From the sequence record SRR9188677_85: a DNA stretch of 64,000 bases; one strand, given 5' to 3'. Of this stretch, positions 28,630-39,087 are shown in pieces. Made by a program: the position numbers and the translations under genes. The notes beneath the pieces are model-generated. The model had not been told where the DNA came from. It did not search any database and saw only the letters and a list, made by a program, of their open reading frames with translations. Positions within the stretch are counted from its first letter, which is position 1. Each line of letters starts with the position of its first letter.

Positions 28630-29037
28630 ATGATAAGTCAACAGAAAAAATCAAACACACTCAATATAATTCTTTGGATTGTCCAGGTGCTGCTTGCTCT
28701 ATTTTTCGTCGGTGGCGGCATATTCAAATTAGTAACACCTATTTCAGAACTTGCCAAAATGTGGTCCTGGGCAGGAGAATATCCAAGCCTCGTTCGCACA
28801 ACTGGCCTGATTGATCTCCTTGGCGGTATTGGTATATTGTTTCCCAGTCTTACCCGTATCAAACCGGGACTAACTCCAATTGCTGCTTTAGGTTGCGCTA
28901 CATTAATGGTGAGTGCCATTGTCTTTCATTTTTCGCGTGGAGAAGGCGCCAATACACCGTTTAATTTTGTTATGCTGGTTCTAGCGCTTTTTGTTTTCTG
29001 GGGACGTTGGTGGAAGATGCCGGTAAGGTCTAAGTAA
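28630..29037 (+). CDS. DoxX family membrane protein
   Basis: LWIVQVLLA.FF..GG.FKL, AALG, AIVFH..RGE. Confidence 0.85.
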   Translation: MISQQKKSNTLNIILWIVQVLLALFFVGGGIFKLVTPISELAKMWSWAGEYPSLVRTTGLIDLLGGIGILFPSLTRIKPGLTPIAALGCATLMVSAIVFHFSRGEGANTPFNFVMLVLALFVFWGRWWKMPVRSK

Positions 29038-29078
29038 ACACCAGGCTAAGAATGTAAGTTGTTTATCAAACGGTTCAC

Positions 29079-29348
29079 TTAAAAGTAACTTTCGCCGATT
29101 ACAATCCTGCTGTTTGCCAGCTCATCATTGATGGAAATATCGCACGAAAGTGTATGCATTCCATCTATCTCGACCGCGCAGGAACCGCAGCCACCCATAC
29201 CGCAACACAGCCCAAAACCCGGAATGGCAAAACGATCCGAAAGCAACGACATCAGTGATTGATGTTGATTCTTCTTGGTCTGCACCTGGTATTCTTCTCC
29301 CTGGAAGATAACAGTGAAAATGATCGTATTTTTCTCAGGATCGATCAT
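29079..29348 (-). CDS. Small 2Fe-2S ferredoxin-like protein
   Basis: LCCGMGGCGSCAV and distal LSC. Confidence 0.75.
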   Translation of the reverse strand: MIDPEKNTIIFTVIFQGEEYQVQTKKNQHQSLMSLLSDRFAIPGFGLCCGMGGCGSCAVEIDGMHTLSCDISINDELANSRIVIGESYF

Positions 29349-29554
29349 CAGCTTTGAGATTTTTTATTGTCTGTTGTTACAACACAGTCTGCCAGACTTT
29401 CTACCATTTGCTCCTGGGCATTGCCTGACTAATTTCTTGTCAATGGTAATATAGGAGGAGCTTTTCACACCTAGTTAATTCTTGAAAAATTGAATATATT
29501 TCTTAACTGTTCGGGTAATGTAGTTCACTTTTTTGATTTATAATTGTTGCAAAA

Positions 29555-30196
29555 ATGGAAATAGACCACATCTTCATTTTCACGGATGACAAGGGAAAAG
29601 TAGCTGACGAACTTGTTTCCTTCGGGCTAACGGAGGGGAGCGGACAGTCGCATCTGGGACAGGGAACGACGAACAGAAAATTTTACTTTGAAAATTTCTT
29701 TTTAGAAATTGTCTGGGTTCATGATGAGCGCGAAATCAAAAGCGAGTTGGTGATGCCAACGGGACTCTCGCAAAGGGCAGACTATAAAGCCAACAACTTT
29801 TCCCGATTTGGACTTGGTATTATAAGCACAGATGAAACCGACAAAATCTTCGAAAATGCCTTGAAATATCAGCCAGTCTATTTTTCGGAAGGACTCACGT
29901 TTGACATCTTAACGAACGAAAGTACGCCCGATTTGCCATGGATGTTCAGAATGCCATTCAAAGGTCCGCCGAAACCGAGGACAGAACCAACTCAACATGA
30001 AAACGGATTGGAGCGATTGACCCGAGCGAGTTTTAATTATACAAAAGCAACCGACGAATTTCTTGAAATGTTTAAGGATGAATCCCAAATCGTTTTTTCC
30101 AGAGCATCCGATGTTTCACTGATTCTCACATTTGACAATCATCGGCAGGGACGATATAAAGAGTTTAACAATCTGAGTTTGATTATTGAATATTAA
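29555..30196 (+). CDS. VOC (glyoxalase_3-like) protein
   Basis: IDHIFI, H.GQGT.NRKFYF.N.FLE. Confidence 0.75.
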   Translation: MEIDHIFIFTDDKGKVADELVSFGLTEGSGQSHLGQGTTNRKFYFENFFLEIVWVHDEREIKSELVMPTGLSQRADYKANNFSRFGLGIISTDETDKIFENALKYQPVYFSEGLTFDILTNESTPDLPWMFRMPFKGPPKPRTEPTQHENGLERLTRASFNYTKATDEFLEMFKDESQIVFSRASDVSLILTFDNHRQGRYKEFNNLSLIIEY

Positions 30197-30223
30197 AAGT
30201 GAAGGCATTAGCAAACATTCCGT

Positions 30224-31582
30224 TCACACAAAAGCACTCTCACCGGTGATCGCCCGGCCAACGATTAATGAATTGATTTCTTTGGTTCCTTCGTAAGAGT
30301 AAATTGCTTCTGCGTCAGCAACAAACCGTGCAATGTCATATTCAAGTAAGATGCCGTTCCCACCAAAAAGTTCGCGTGCATGATCAACAATAGAACGCAT
30401 TCTGAGCGTGCAAAATACCTTGGCAAGTGAGGCATGTTCGTCCGTAATATTGTCGCCATCCTGTAATTGCGAAAGTCGGTAAACCATTGTTTGCATTGCT
30501 GTCAAATCGCCCAGCATCGTCACGAGTAAATCCTGTACCAATTGAAAGCTGGCGATCGGCCGCCCGAATTGTTTTCTTTGCATCGTATACGCCAGCGCCA
30601 ACTCATACGCACCGCGTCCACAACCGACAGCCTGCCATGCCACACCGGCCCTGGTCATGCGCAAAACGTTGGCCGTATCTTTAAACGAATTGGCATTTTG
30701 CAGCCGATCCGATTCGCTCACTTTACAGTCAGTCAAAGTAATAACAGCGTTTTGCACAGTCCGCAAAGCCATTTTGTCCTCCATCTTAACAGCTCTAAAA
30801 CCAGGATTGTCTTTACGTACAATAAAACCCTTCACCTGATTGTCCTCAGGGTTTCTTGCCCAAATGATGGTAATATCCGAAAACGTAGCATTACCAATCC
30901 ATTTCTTCTGGCCATTGAGAATCCATTCGTCTCCTACTTTGACACAGGTAGTTGTCAATCCGCCGGCAGCAGCTGAACCTACCTCGGGTTCCGTAAGTCC
31001 AAACGCACCGATCACTTCCATCCGCTGCATGATTGGCAGCCAATGTTGTTTTTGCTCCTCTGATCCGCACAAATAAATTGAGCCCATTGCCAGTCCGCTG
31101 TGCACGCCAAAAAATGTGGAAATGGAAGAGTCAATCCGCGCCATTTCCATCGCTATAAATCCTTCCAGCAACGATGAACGTCCTGCACAACCATAGCCAT
31201 TGTAAGTGATTCCGCATATATTCAGCTTCGCCATGAGCGGAATAATATGCATTGGGAAATGTGCCTTATTCCAGTATTCATTGGCAATTGGTTTTATCTC
31301 GGTCTCCATAAATTCCCTTACTTTCAGCTGAACGATGCGATCCTCGGGCGACAAAGTTTTGGTCAATTCATAAAAATCTCCGTTCACTTCGGGCGGTACT
31401 CTTTTTGTATCCGAACCAGCTTGCATCATTTTCATCATTTTGGCAAGATCTTCATCGCTCATTTTGGAAACCAGTTTCATTAGCCTATTTAGATCAACCT
31501 TCTGAGAAAGCTTATTCAAGGCACCCATATCTATATTTTGAAGAAATGACCTTAACTGAGAAAACGATTCGAAAACACCCAT
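30224..31582 (-). CDS. Acyl-CoA dehydrogenase (glutaryl-CoA dehydrogenase-like)
   Basis: FGLTEPEVGS, NGQKKWIGN, RKQFGRP, GGNG, YSYEGT. Confidence 0.92.
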   Translation of the reverse strand: MGVFESFSQLRSFLQNIDMGALNKLSQKVDLNRLMKLVSKMSDEDLAKMMKMMQAGSDTKRVPPEVNGDFYELTKTLSPEDRIVQLKVREFMETEIKPIANEYWNKAHFPMHIIPLMAKLNICGITYNGYGCAGRSSLLEGFIAMEMARIDSSISTFFGVHSGLAMGSIYLCGSEEQKQHWLPIMQRMEVIGAFGLTEPEVGSAAAGGLTTTCVKVGDEWILNGQKKWIGNATFSDITIIWARNPEDNQVKGFIVRKDNPGFRAVKMEDKMALRTVQNAVITLTDCKVSESDRLQNANSFKDTANVLRMTRAGVAWQAVGCGRGAYELALAYTMQRKQFGRPIASFQLVQDLLVTMLGDLTAMQTMVYRLSQLQDGDNITDEHASLAKVFCTLRMRSIVDHARELFGGNGILLEYDIARFVADAEAIYSYEGTKEINSLIVGRAITGESAFV

Positions 31583-31842
31583 CTGACTCTTTGTTTAAAA
31601 AATGATTTGTATTGTTTGAATAGAAGTCCGTAGGTGTGCTAATCTCCCGATCAGGAGTTTCTGGCGGCATCATGGTGAATCTACTTCCTTAACAGAAATC
31701 TTCCTGCCAAGCTGTATAGCTTTTTCAAAAGCGGTTGTTACGAATGGTAAAATGTGGGTGTACCAATGGGGAGATTTGAGCGAAATTGTGGTTTAAATAA
31801 TTACAGTTGAGATATATTCTTGAAACTTTATTATTTACCTAT

Positions 31843-33162
31843 ATGCCAAACCGAAGGGATTTTATCAAACAATCGACTATCGCCGGAGCTGGAGTGCTTA
31901 CCACTTCCAGTCTGTTCCAATATAGAGGCTCACCAAATGACAAGGTTGTTTTGGGTATTATGGGTACGAATAGCCGGGGTCTCTTTCTCTCGAAACAATT
32001 TGCCAAATTTCCCAATGTGGAAATCGCCTATATCTGCGATCCGGATACCAAAGTATTGGCTAAAACAATAGCTGAGATTGAAAAGATCACCGGCAAAAAA
32101 CCACAGGGAATCAGCGATATACGGAAAATGCTGGAAAAGAAGGATTTCGACGGGATGGCGATCGCCGCTCCCGATCATTGGCATGCTCCCGCCGCGGTTA
32201 TGGGATTACAGGCCGGTAAGCACGTGTATGTAGAGAAGCCCTGCAGCCACAACCCGCGCGAAGGTGAGTTGCTGGTAGAAGCAACCAATAAGTATAAAAA
32301 ACTGGTACAAATGGGAAGCCAGCGTCGTACTTTTAGTAATGTGAAGGACATGATTTCCAAACTTCATGGCGGCGCAATCGGGCGGGTGTATTTTGCAAGA
32401 GGCTGGTACGTCAACAGTCGAAAATCCATTGGAAAAGGATCGGTAACAGCCGTTCCATCCAATCTTGATTTTGATCTGTGGCAAGGTCCGGCACCGAGGA
32501 GCGAGTACAGGGACAATCTGGTACCTTACAACTGGCACTGGTTCTGGAACTGGGGAACGGGTGAAGCGCTCAATAACGGAACGCACGAACTTGACGTAAT
32601 TCGTTGGGGCCTGGGCGTTGATTATCCAACTCAGGTTGTATCAGCCGGAGGGCGTTTTCATTTTCAGGACGACTGGCAAACACCCGATACACAGACGATT
32701 ACCTACAATTTCCCAAACAATACCGCCGCTACCTGGGAAGGCAGAAGCTGCAATGGATACAACTCTGAGGGAGAAGCAAGGGGCGTTATATTTTATGGAG
32801 ATAAGGGTACAATTGTCTATCCTGGTGCAAACGGGTATAAAGTTTTTGACATGGCAAATAAGCTGGTATCGGAAGTAAAAGACGACACGCCTTTTGACGC
32901 CACGAATACGGTGAGCCCGCTGGAAAGTCTGGATGGACTGCATTTATTGAACTTCTGCGAAGCCATTGGGGAAAAGGAAAAAATTAACGCACCCATTTTG
33001 GAAGGACACAAGTCGACACTGCTGCCGCAACTAGGGAACATCGCATACAGAGTTGGCAGAACATTACATTGTGATCCCGCAAACGGACATATCCTAAACG
33101 ACAAGGATGCCATGAAACTCTGGTCGAGAGAATATCAAAAAGGTTGGGATGTAGTGGTATAA
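31843..33162 (+). CDS. Gfo/Idh/MocA oxidoreductase, Tat-exported
   Basis: NRRDFIK Tat motif, PDHWH, YVEKP, GSQRR, NWHWFW..G.G. Confidence 0.92.
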   Translation: MPNRRDFIKQSTIAGAGVLTTSSLFQYRGSPNDKVVLGIMGTNSRGLFLSKQFAKFPNVEIAYICDPDTKVLAKTIAEIEKITGKKPQGISDIRKMLEKKDFDGMAIAAPDHWHAPAAVMGLQAGKHVYVEKPCSHNPREGELLVEATNKYKKLVQMGSQRRTFSNVKDMISKLHGGAIGRVYFARGWYVNSRKSIGKGSVTAVPSNLDFDLWQGPAPRSEYRDNLVPYNWHWFWNWGTGEALNNGTHELDVIRWGLGVDYPTQVVSAGGRFHFQDDWQTPDTQTITYNFPNNTAATWEGRSCNGYNSEGEARGVIFYGDKGTIVYPGANGYKVFDMANKLVSEVKDDTPFDATNTVSPLESLDGLHLLNFCEAIGEKEKINAPILEGHKSTLLPQLGNIAYRVGRTLHCDPANGHILNDKDAMKLWSREYQKGWDVVV

Positions 33163-33176
33163 ACTTTAATTTTTAG

Positions 33177-33986
33177 ATGAACATCAAATTTTACGCACCC
33201 GAATGGGGCAATACTTTTCCGTTTGATACCTTCTGCAAAAATGTAAAAGATGCCGGATATGACGGCGTTGAAATGGCTTTGCCGTTTGACGACACAGAAA
33301 AACAGGTTATCCTTGATTGTTTGAGAAAGAACAAACTGGAACTGATCGGTCAATACTGGCAATCATTCGAAAAAGATCTGGAAGAGCATGCGAAAAATTA
33401 CGAGAAATATCTTCGAAATCTGATCGATGCCAAACCGGTTTTTATCAACTGCCAGACGGGAAAAGACTATTTTTCTTTTGACCAAAACCGGCAGCTGTTT
33501 GAATTGGCGACCAGACTTTCAAAAGAATCCGGAGTTAAAATTATCCATGAAACGCATCGGGGAAAAAGCCTTTTTGCTGCGAACATTACAAGAGAATATC
33601 TGACTAAAATTCCTGACCTGCGGATCACGCTGGATATTTCGCATTGGTGTAATGTCCATGAATCTTTGCTCGCGGATCAGGCCGAGGAAGTGGCGTTGTC
33701 AATTGCTCATACCGATCATATTCACAGCAGAGTCGGCCACCCGGAAGGCCCGCAAGTAAACGATCCGCGCGCTCCCGAATGGGCGGAGGTATTGGAAACG
33801 CATTTGAACTGGTGGGACAAAGTGGTTGAAAAACATCAGAATGATAGAACACAACTAACAGTAACCACCGAATTCGGCCCGGCTACTTATATGCCTGTAA
33901 TGCCTTACACGCAGTTACCGCTTGGGAATCAGTGGGAGATAAATGTTTATATGATGGATTTGTTGAAGGAACGGTATTGGGGGTGA
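33177..33986 (+). CDS. Sugar phosphate isomerase/epimerase (xylose-isomerase-like TIM barrel)
   Basis: GYDGVE, HETHR, DISHW, HIHSRVG, EFGP. Confidence 0.88.
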   Translation: MNIKFYAPEWGNTFPFDTFCKNVKDAGYDGVEMALPFDDTEKQVILDCLRKNKLELIGQYWQSFEKDLEEHAKNYEKYLRNLIDAKPVFINCQTGKDYFSFDQNRQLFELATRLSKESGVKIIHETHRGKSLFAANITREYLTKIPDLRITLDISHWCNVHESLLADQAEEVALSIAHTDHIHSRVGHPEGPQVNDPRAPEWAEVLETHLNWWDKVVEKHQNDRTQLTVTTEFGPATYMPVMPYTQLPLGNQWEINVYMMDLLKERYWG

Positions 33987-34120
33987 GCGTCACAGCCCCT
34001 TAAAGGTTTTTTGCCACGAAAAGGCGAATATAAACTCATGAAAGTGGACTTTTCTTGAATAGATCTTCGCGTACTTTGCCGAGCGACGTTCGCTTTAACT
34101 TTTCCTTCTTTGCGTGAAAA

Positions 34121-34762
34121 ATGACTAGCAATTCAATGACCAATAAAGCCATTCGCATCATCTTCGCCGCCTTCGCAATCATCATCGGCCTTTACCCGGT
34201 GATATACTTCGTATTGGACAGGAAATTTGGTTTGCTCGGCTCCAAAACGGACGAGCTGCTTAACAACGTAGCCTGGAATACAGGATTTTACACGCACATC
34301 ATTTTCGGTGGGATTGCACTGCTGATTGGTTGGGCGCAATTCAGCGATAAACTTCGGATTAAGAATGTTAGGCTGCACAGGCGAATAGGGATTGTTTATG
34401 TCCTTGCCGTTATGTTGAGTTCGCTTGCTGGCATTTATATTGGCTTTTTTGCAACTGGTGGTTTCGTAGCTGCTTCCGGCTTCATTAGTTTAGGCGTTGT
34501 TTGGTTTTCAACCACTTTACTGGCCTTTCTAACCATCAAAAACGGCCAGGTTGTTCGGCATCAACAACTGATGATTTATAGCTATGCAGCTTGTTTTGCC
34601 GCTGTGACTTTAAGAATATGGCTGCCCATTCTGGTAATTATTTTTAAAGATTTTATCGTGGCATATACCATCGTTGCCTGGCTTTGCTGGATCCCGAATA
34701 TGCTTGTCGCCTATGTTCTAGTCAAAAAATTGGGTTCGAATTTTACCAGAATACGCGTTTGA
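34121..34762 (+). CDS. DUF2306-like membrane protein
   Basis: HI.FGG.AL, HRRIG..Y, HQ..M..SYA..FAAVTLR, WL.W.PN. Confidence 0.8.
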   Translation: MTSNSMTNKAIRIIFAAFAIIIGLYPVIYFVLDRKFGLLGSKTDELLNNVAWNTGFYTHIIFGGIALLIGWAQFSDKLRIKNVRLHRRIGIVYVLAVMLSSLAGIYIGFFATGGFVAASGFISLGVVWFSTTLLAFLTIKNGQVVRHQQLMIYSYAACFAAVTLRIWLPILVIIFKDFIVAYTIVAWLCWIPNMLVAYVLVKKLGSNFTRIRV

Positions 34763-34833
34763 CAAAACATTCCGCTGAGCGGTATATCGTGCGGTTTTTT
34801 GGTTTTATTAATGGTCAGATCCAAATTGCTCTC

Positions 34834-35916
34834 ATGTTAATCCTGTTATTCAAAAAGCGGCTTTTTCTTAAATCCGCTCTCATCGTTTTTTGCTTATTAT
34901 TCAACGGGTTTCCTGAATTAAAAGCGCAGGATTACCCATCAGAAAAGCAAGTTGCCAAAGATTTTCAAGACCTTTTAAACCGTCCGTCTACCGATCCAAG
35001 GCCATCTTCTCAATTAATCAAATCCGATTCTGCCTTGATTGAAAATGGATTTTTCTTTTCCGAAGAAACCGAAAACGTGCCGTTTTTGATTTACAAACCT
35101 CTTACAGACAATAAGAAATTTCCGGTAATCATTTGTTTGCACGGAACTGGTGGAAGCAAGGATAATCCGGATATAAAGGAGATGCTGTATCAGTTTTCCA
35201 AACTTGGTTTCATGGCAGTTGCGATTGATGCCCGTTTTCATGGCGAAAGGGTTCTGGCAAGCGCAAACAGCCGGAGTGCTTATGTGGAAGCAATTACAAA
35301 GGCATGGCGGAACAGCGATGCCAAAAACCAAACGCATCCCTTTTTCTATGACACCGTGTACGACCTTTGGCGCTTAACCGATTATTTGAGTTCAAGATCC
35401 GATGTAGATTCGTCCCGTATAGGCATGACGGGCATTTCCATGGGTGGGATTGAAACCTGGATGGCGGCTTCGGTTGACAAAAGAATTAAGGTTGCTGTTC
35501 CCATTATAGCAGCTCAAAGTTTTAAATGGTCGCTTGAAAACAACCGATGGCAAGGTAGAGTTGGCACAATCCGGGCGGCACAAGAAGTGGCAGCCAAGGA
35601 CTTAGGCGATTCGGAAGTAAGTGAGTCAAATATAAAAGCCTTGTGGGACAAAGTAATTCCAGGCATCCTCAACGAATTCGACTGTCCGTCTATGATCAGA
35701 CTTTTTGCTCCGCGTCCTTTGCTTTTGCTAAGCAATGGCGACGACCAAAATTGTCCATTACCGGGTGCTGAAATTGCCTTTGCATCTGCAAAAAGCGCTT
35801 ACAATTTAAAGCACGCTTCTGAGAAATTACAGATTAACGTCACTCCAAACGAACCGCACCGCTTCCTGCCAGTACATATGAAATCGGCAAGTGAATGGTT
35901 TTTGAAGTGGTTGTAA
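34834..35916 (+). CDS. Exported alpha/beta hydrolase (dienelactone hydrolase/acetylxylan esterase-like)
   Basis: Start re-called; LHGTGG, GISMGG nucleophile, APRP, D..CP, PH. Confidence 0.85.
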   Translation: MLILLFKKRLFLKSALIVFCLLFNGFPELKAQDYPSEKQVAKDFQDLLNRPSTDPRPSSQLIKSDSALIENGFFFSEETENVPFLIYKPLTDNKKFPVIICLHGTGGSKDNPDIKEMLYQFSKLGFMAVAIDARFHGERVLASANSRSAYVEAITKAWRNSDAKNQTHPFFYDTVYDLWRLTDYLSSRSDVDSSRIGMTGISMGGIETWMAASVDKRIKVAVPIIAAQSFKWSLENNRWQGRVGTIRAAQEVAAKDLGDSEVSESNIKALWDKVIPGILNEFDCPSMIRLFAPRPLLLLSNGDDQNCPLPGAEIAFASAKSAYNLKHASEKLQINVTPNEPHRFLPVHMKSASEWFLKWL

Positions 35917-36090
35917 AAACTTCATTACGTCGTGAGTCTGCTAATAGACGTAAAAGACCAGGGGATTATACGCTGATCAAGCATATTGAACATTACCAAG
36001 ATTGACACATTTCCGCAATTATTTCTCAATTGCTGACAATTTTTTCTTCCTATATTAGCAATGTATATCAAATAATTAACCGCTAAATTT

Positions 36091-38925
36091 ATGAAGAACT
36101 CAGTCGGTATCTGGCGACACATTCCTAAGCCAGTTACAGTTGCTGCACAAATTATTACGTTAGGCTTCATCGCAGCCTTCACCATGCAGGATACCATCAC
36201 CAAGCCTGATGAAAGCCGTTTTACACCAGTTGTACTTGCCGACAATCTGGATGAACCCATGGTTTTTGAAGTGCTTCCGGATGGGACATCATACATTGTG
36301 GAAAGAAAGGGGGCGTTGAAAAAATACAATCCATCTACTAAAACCACCGATTTAATTGCCACAATTCCCGTCAACACCAAATACACAAGCGCAGAAGGCG
36401 TGGTAAGGGAAGCAGAAGAAGGATTAATGGGCATGACGCTGGATCCGAACTTTGCAAAAAATCACTGGATATACATGTACTACGCCGATCCGGTTGAGAA
36501 GAAACACATTTTGTCGCGATGGGAATTAAAGGATGATCAATTGATTGAGTCTTCCAAAAAAAATGTCATTGAAGTAGTAACCCAACGGGAAGTTTGCTGC
36601 CATACCGGCGGCGGGATGACGTGGGACAAAGCAGGGAATCTGTTCCTGACAGTTGGTAATAACACAGGAAACCAACAAGCAGCGCAAACGGATGAACGCC
36701 CGGGCCGTGCAAGCTGGGACGATCAGGGACATGCGGGTAATACCAACGATTTGAGAGGTAAGATCCTGAGAATACATCCCGAGGCAGATGGAAGTTATAC
36801 CATTCCGGAAGGCAATCTTTATCCAAAAGGAACAGCGCTTACCCGCCCGGAAATTTATTCGATGGGACACCGTAACGCATGGCGGATATCGGTCGATAGC
36901 AAAACAGGTTTTGTGTACTGGGGAGAAGTAGGCCCTGATGCAAATGAGGATTCGGAGATCGGACCGAGAGGATACGATGAGCTTAATCAGGCCAGAAAGC
37001 CGGGAAATTTTGGCTGGCCATGGTTTGTAGGTGACGATCAGGCTTTTCCTGTTTTTGATTATGCAAACAATAAGCCGCTTGGTAAAAAAGACCCGAAACA
37101 TCCCGTAAATGATTCTCCGAATAATACTGGTTTGAAAGAGCTATTTCCAAATGCACCAAGCTTCATTTATTTCCCTTATGGCGTTTCTGAGAAGTTTCCT
37201 TTGGTTGGATCTGGTTCAAGAAGTGCAACTGGAGGCTCGGTTTACCACCGTTCCGATTTCAAAAATCCGAAGCGTCCGTGGCCTGCTTACTACGAAGACA
37301 AATGGATAGCAGCAGATTTTTCACGTGGCTGGATCATGGCGATTTCAATGAAAGAAAATGGCGACTACGATTCAATGGAAAGGGTTTTACCATCGTATCA
37401 CCCTGTGCAGCCGATCGATATCAAGTTTGGTCCGGATGGGGATTTGTATATTCTGGAATATGGAAGCAACTGGTTCAGAAAAAGCGATAATTCGCGCTTG
37501 GTACGGATAGAATATAACGGGGGAAATCGTAAGCCAATCGTTCACGTTTCGACGGATAAAAAGGGTGGTAAGGTTCCATTTGAGGCCACTTTGTCTTCGG
37601 AAGGAACCAAGGATTTCGACGGTGATGCATTGAAGTACAACTGGAAAATCACCAGCCCGGGCGCCGCTCCAAAAACAGTTTCCGGGGAAAATCCGAAAGT
37701 TACATTTGATAAAACAGGCGTTTACACTGCTACTTTAACCGTAACGGATCCTAAGGGATTAAGCAATAGTGAGTCTCTGAAAATAATTGCAGGAAATGAG
37801 CCACCTCAGGTCTCTGTAAAGCTAGCCGGAAACAATACTTTTTTCTTTGCCAATAAACCAATTAAATATGACGTCGAAGTTGCCGACAAAGAAGATGGTA
37901 GTCTGACAGATGGTAAAATCAAACCTGACCAGGTTGCGGTAAGTATCGACTACACGTCCGAAGGGTTTGACTTGGCGGAAGTAGTTCAAAACCAGCGTAG
38001 TGTGGATGCATCGACGCAGTTTGCGGTGGCGCAGGTTTTGATGAGCAAAAGCGATTGTAAAGTTTGCCATCAGCCTAATACAAAATCTGTCGGGCCTTCA
38101 TTTGCTGATGTTTCTAATAAGTACAAAGGTGAAAATGGTGCGTTGGATAAGCTCGTGAAAAAGGTGCTAAATGGTGGATCCGGTGTTTGGGGAGAAGTGG
38201 CCATGGCTGCTCACCCTGCATTACCAGTCGCAGATGCCGAGGTTATAGTGAAGTACATCTTGAATAGCACCGACAAAACGCTTAGTACTCTGCCGATAAA
38301 AGGAGAATTTACGCCAAAGATTCCGCAAGGAGATAATGGAAAAGGTTCGGTTATTATTCGTGCCGGTTTTACAGATCGTGCTGTAAGTGGTGGAAAACCA
38401 ATTCCCGCACAGACTACCGAAGAAATGATCGTTTTGAAAAGTCCTGATGTATTTGCAGCTACCGCGCCGGTTGTTAAAGGTGCCGAGCTAAAAGCATTGG
38501 GTGTTGCAGGGCAAGGTTTTAGTGTTGTGCCATTTAACGGTAGCTATCTGGGTTTCAAATCTATTGACTTGACTGATATTGAGAAACTTGAATTGAATGC
38601 ATCGGCACAAGCACGTGAAGGAAGTGTGGGTGGAACCATAGAAATCCGTCTGGATTCGCCGACCGGTACGCTTGTAGGAGAGGAAAAAGTGAATGTTGCT
38701 CCGAAAGTGGATGTGGCCAAAGTAATGGCTGAAATGGAGAGTGAAAAGAAAAATGCAAAACCTGGCGAACCTGCGAAACAACGTAATCCATTCGCCAGAC
38801 CGCCGGTGAAGATCACGTTGAAAAAGACCGAAGGAAAGCATGATCTGTATTTCGTATTCAAGAATGATGCTGCGAAAACGATTGAGCCGTTGCTTAGCTT
38901 TTCAACGATTAAGTTTCAGCAGTAG
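36091..38925 (+). CDS. Glucose/sorbosone-dehydrogenase-like propeller + PKD + cytochrome c + CBM6-like multidomain protein
   Basis: EEGLMG, CCHTGG, LRGKILRI, GHRN, FGPDG; PKD GVYTATLTVTD; heme motif CKVCH with GPSF and M ligand; IEIRLDSP.G and HDLYFVF. Confidence 0.88.
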   Translation: MKNSVGIWRHIPKPVTVAAQIITLGFIAAFTMQDTITKPDESRFTPVVLADNLDEPMVFEVLPDGTSYIVERKGALKKYNPSTKTTDLIATIPVNTKYTSAEGVVREAEEGLMGMTLDPNFAKNHWIYMYYADPVEKKHILSRWELKDDQLIESSKKNVIEVVTQREVCCHTGGGMTWDKAGNLFLTVGNNTGNQQAAQTDERPGRASWDDQGHAGNTNDLRGKILRIHPEADGSYTIPEGNLYPKGTALTRPEIYSMGHRNAWRISVDSKTGFVYWGEVGPDANEDSEIGPRGYDELNQARKPGNFGWPWFVGDDQAFPVFDYANNKPLGKKDPKHPVNDSPNNTGLKELFPNAPSFIYFPYGVSEKFPLVGSGSRSATGGSVYHRSDFKNPKRPWPAYYEDKWIAADFSRGWIMAISMKENGDYDSMERVLPSYHPVQPIDIKFGPDGDLYILEYGSNWFRKSDNSRLVRIEYNGGNRKPIVHVSTDKKGGKVPFEATLSSEGTKDFDGDALKYNWKITSPGAAPKTVSGENPKVTFDKTGVYTATLTVTDPKGLSNSESLKIIAGNEPPQVSVKLAGNNTFFFANKPIKYDVEVADKEDGSLTDGKIKPDQVAVSIDYTSEGFDLAEVVQNQRSVDASTQFAVAQVLMSKSDCKVCHQPNTKSVGPSFADVSNKYKGENGALDKLVKKVLNGGSGVWGEVAMAAHPALPVADAEVIVKYILNSTDKTLSTLPIKGEFTPKIPQGDNGKGSVIIRAGFTDRAVSGGKPIPAQTTEEMIVLKSPDVFAATAPVVKGAELKALGVAGQGFSVVPFNGSYLGFKSIDLTDIEKLELNASAQAREGSVGGTIEIRLDSPTGTLVGEEKVNVAPKVDVAKVMAEMESEKKNAKPGEPAKQRNPFARPPVKITLKKTEGKHDLYFVFKNDAAKTIEPLLSFSTIKFQQ

Positions 38926-38930
38926 GTTTT

Positions 38931-39007
38931 TGTGAGATGTGAGATGTGAGATGTGAAAAGTAAAAGGTGAGAAGTGAGAGGTGAGAGGTGAAATGTGAGA
39001 AGTGAGA
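38931..39007 (+). repeat. Heptamer tandem repeat (NGTGAGA)x11
   Basis: TGTGAGA x3, TGTGAAA, AGTAAAA, GGTGAGA, AGTGAGA, GGTGAGA, GGTGAAA, TGTGAGA, AGTGAGA. Confidence 0.9.
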
Positions 39008-39087
39008 TGTTTGTCGCCAATTTATGACCGTGTTCAATTTTCCTCAAGTAATTTGATTGACCTGAAAACCTAATTAGTATAAACCGT

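Noticed and set aside
31400-31582. Met-rich N-terminal extension of the acyl-CoA dehydrogenase as a methionine-sensing leader
   Set aside because: It is in frame with the enzyme, looks like an amphipathic helical extension and has no separate stop or attenuator.
38931-39007. CRISPR array
   Set aside because: 7-nt period with no unique spacers and no cas genes. The REP cluster at 43460 also lacks regular repeat-spacer spacing.
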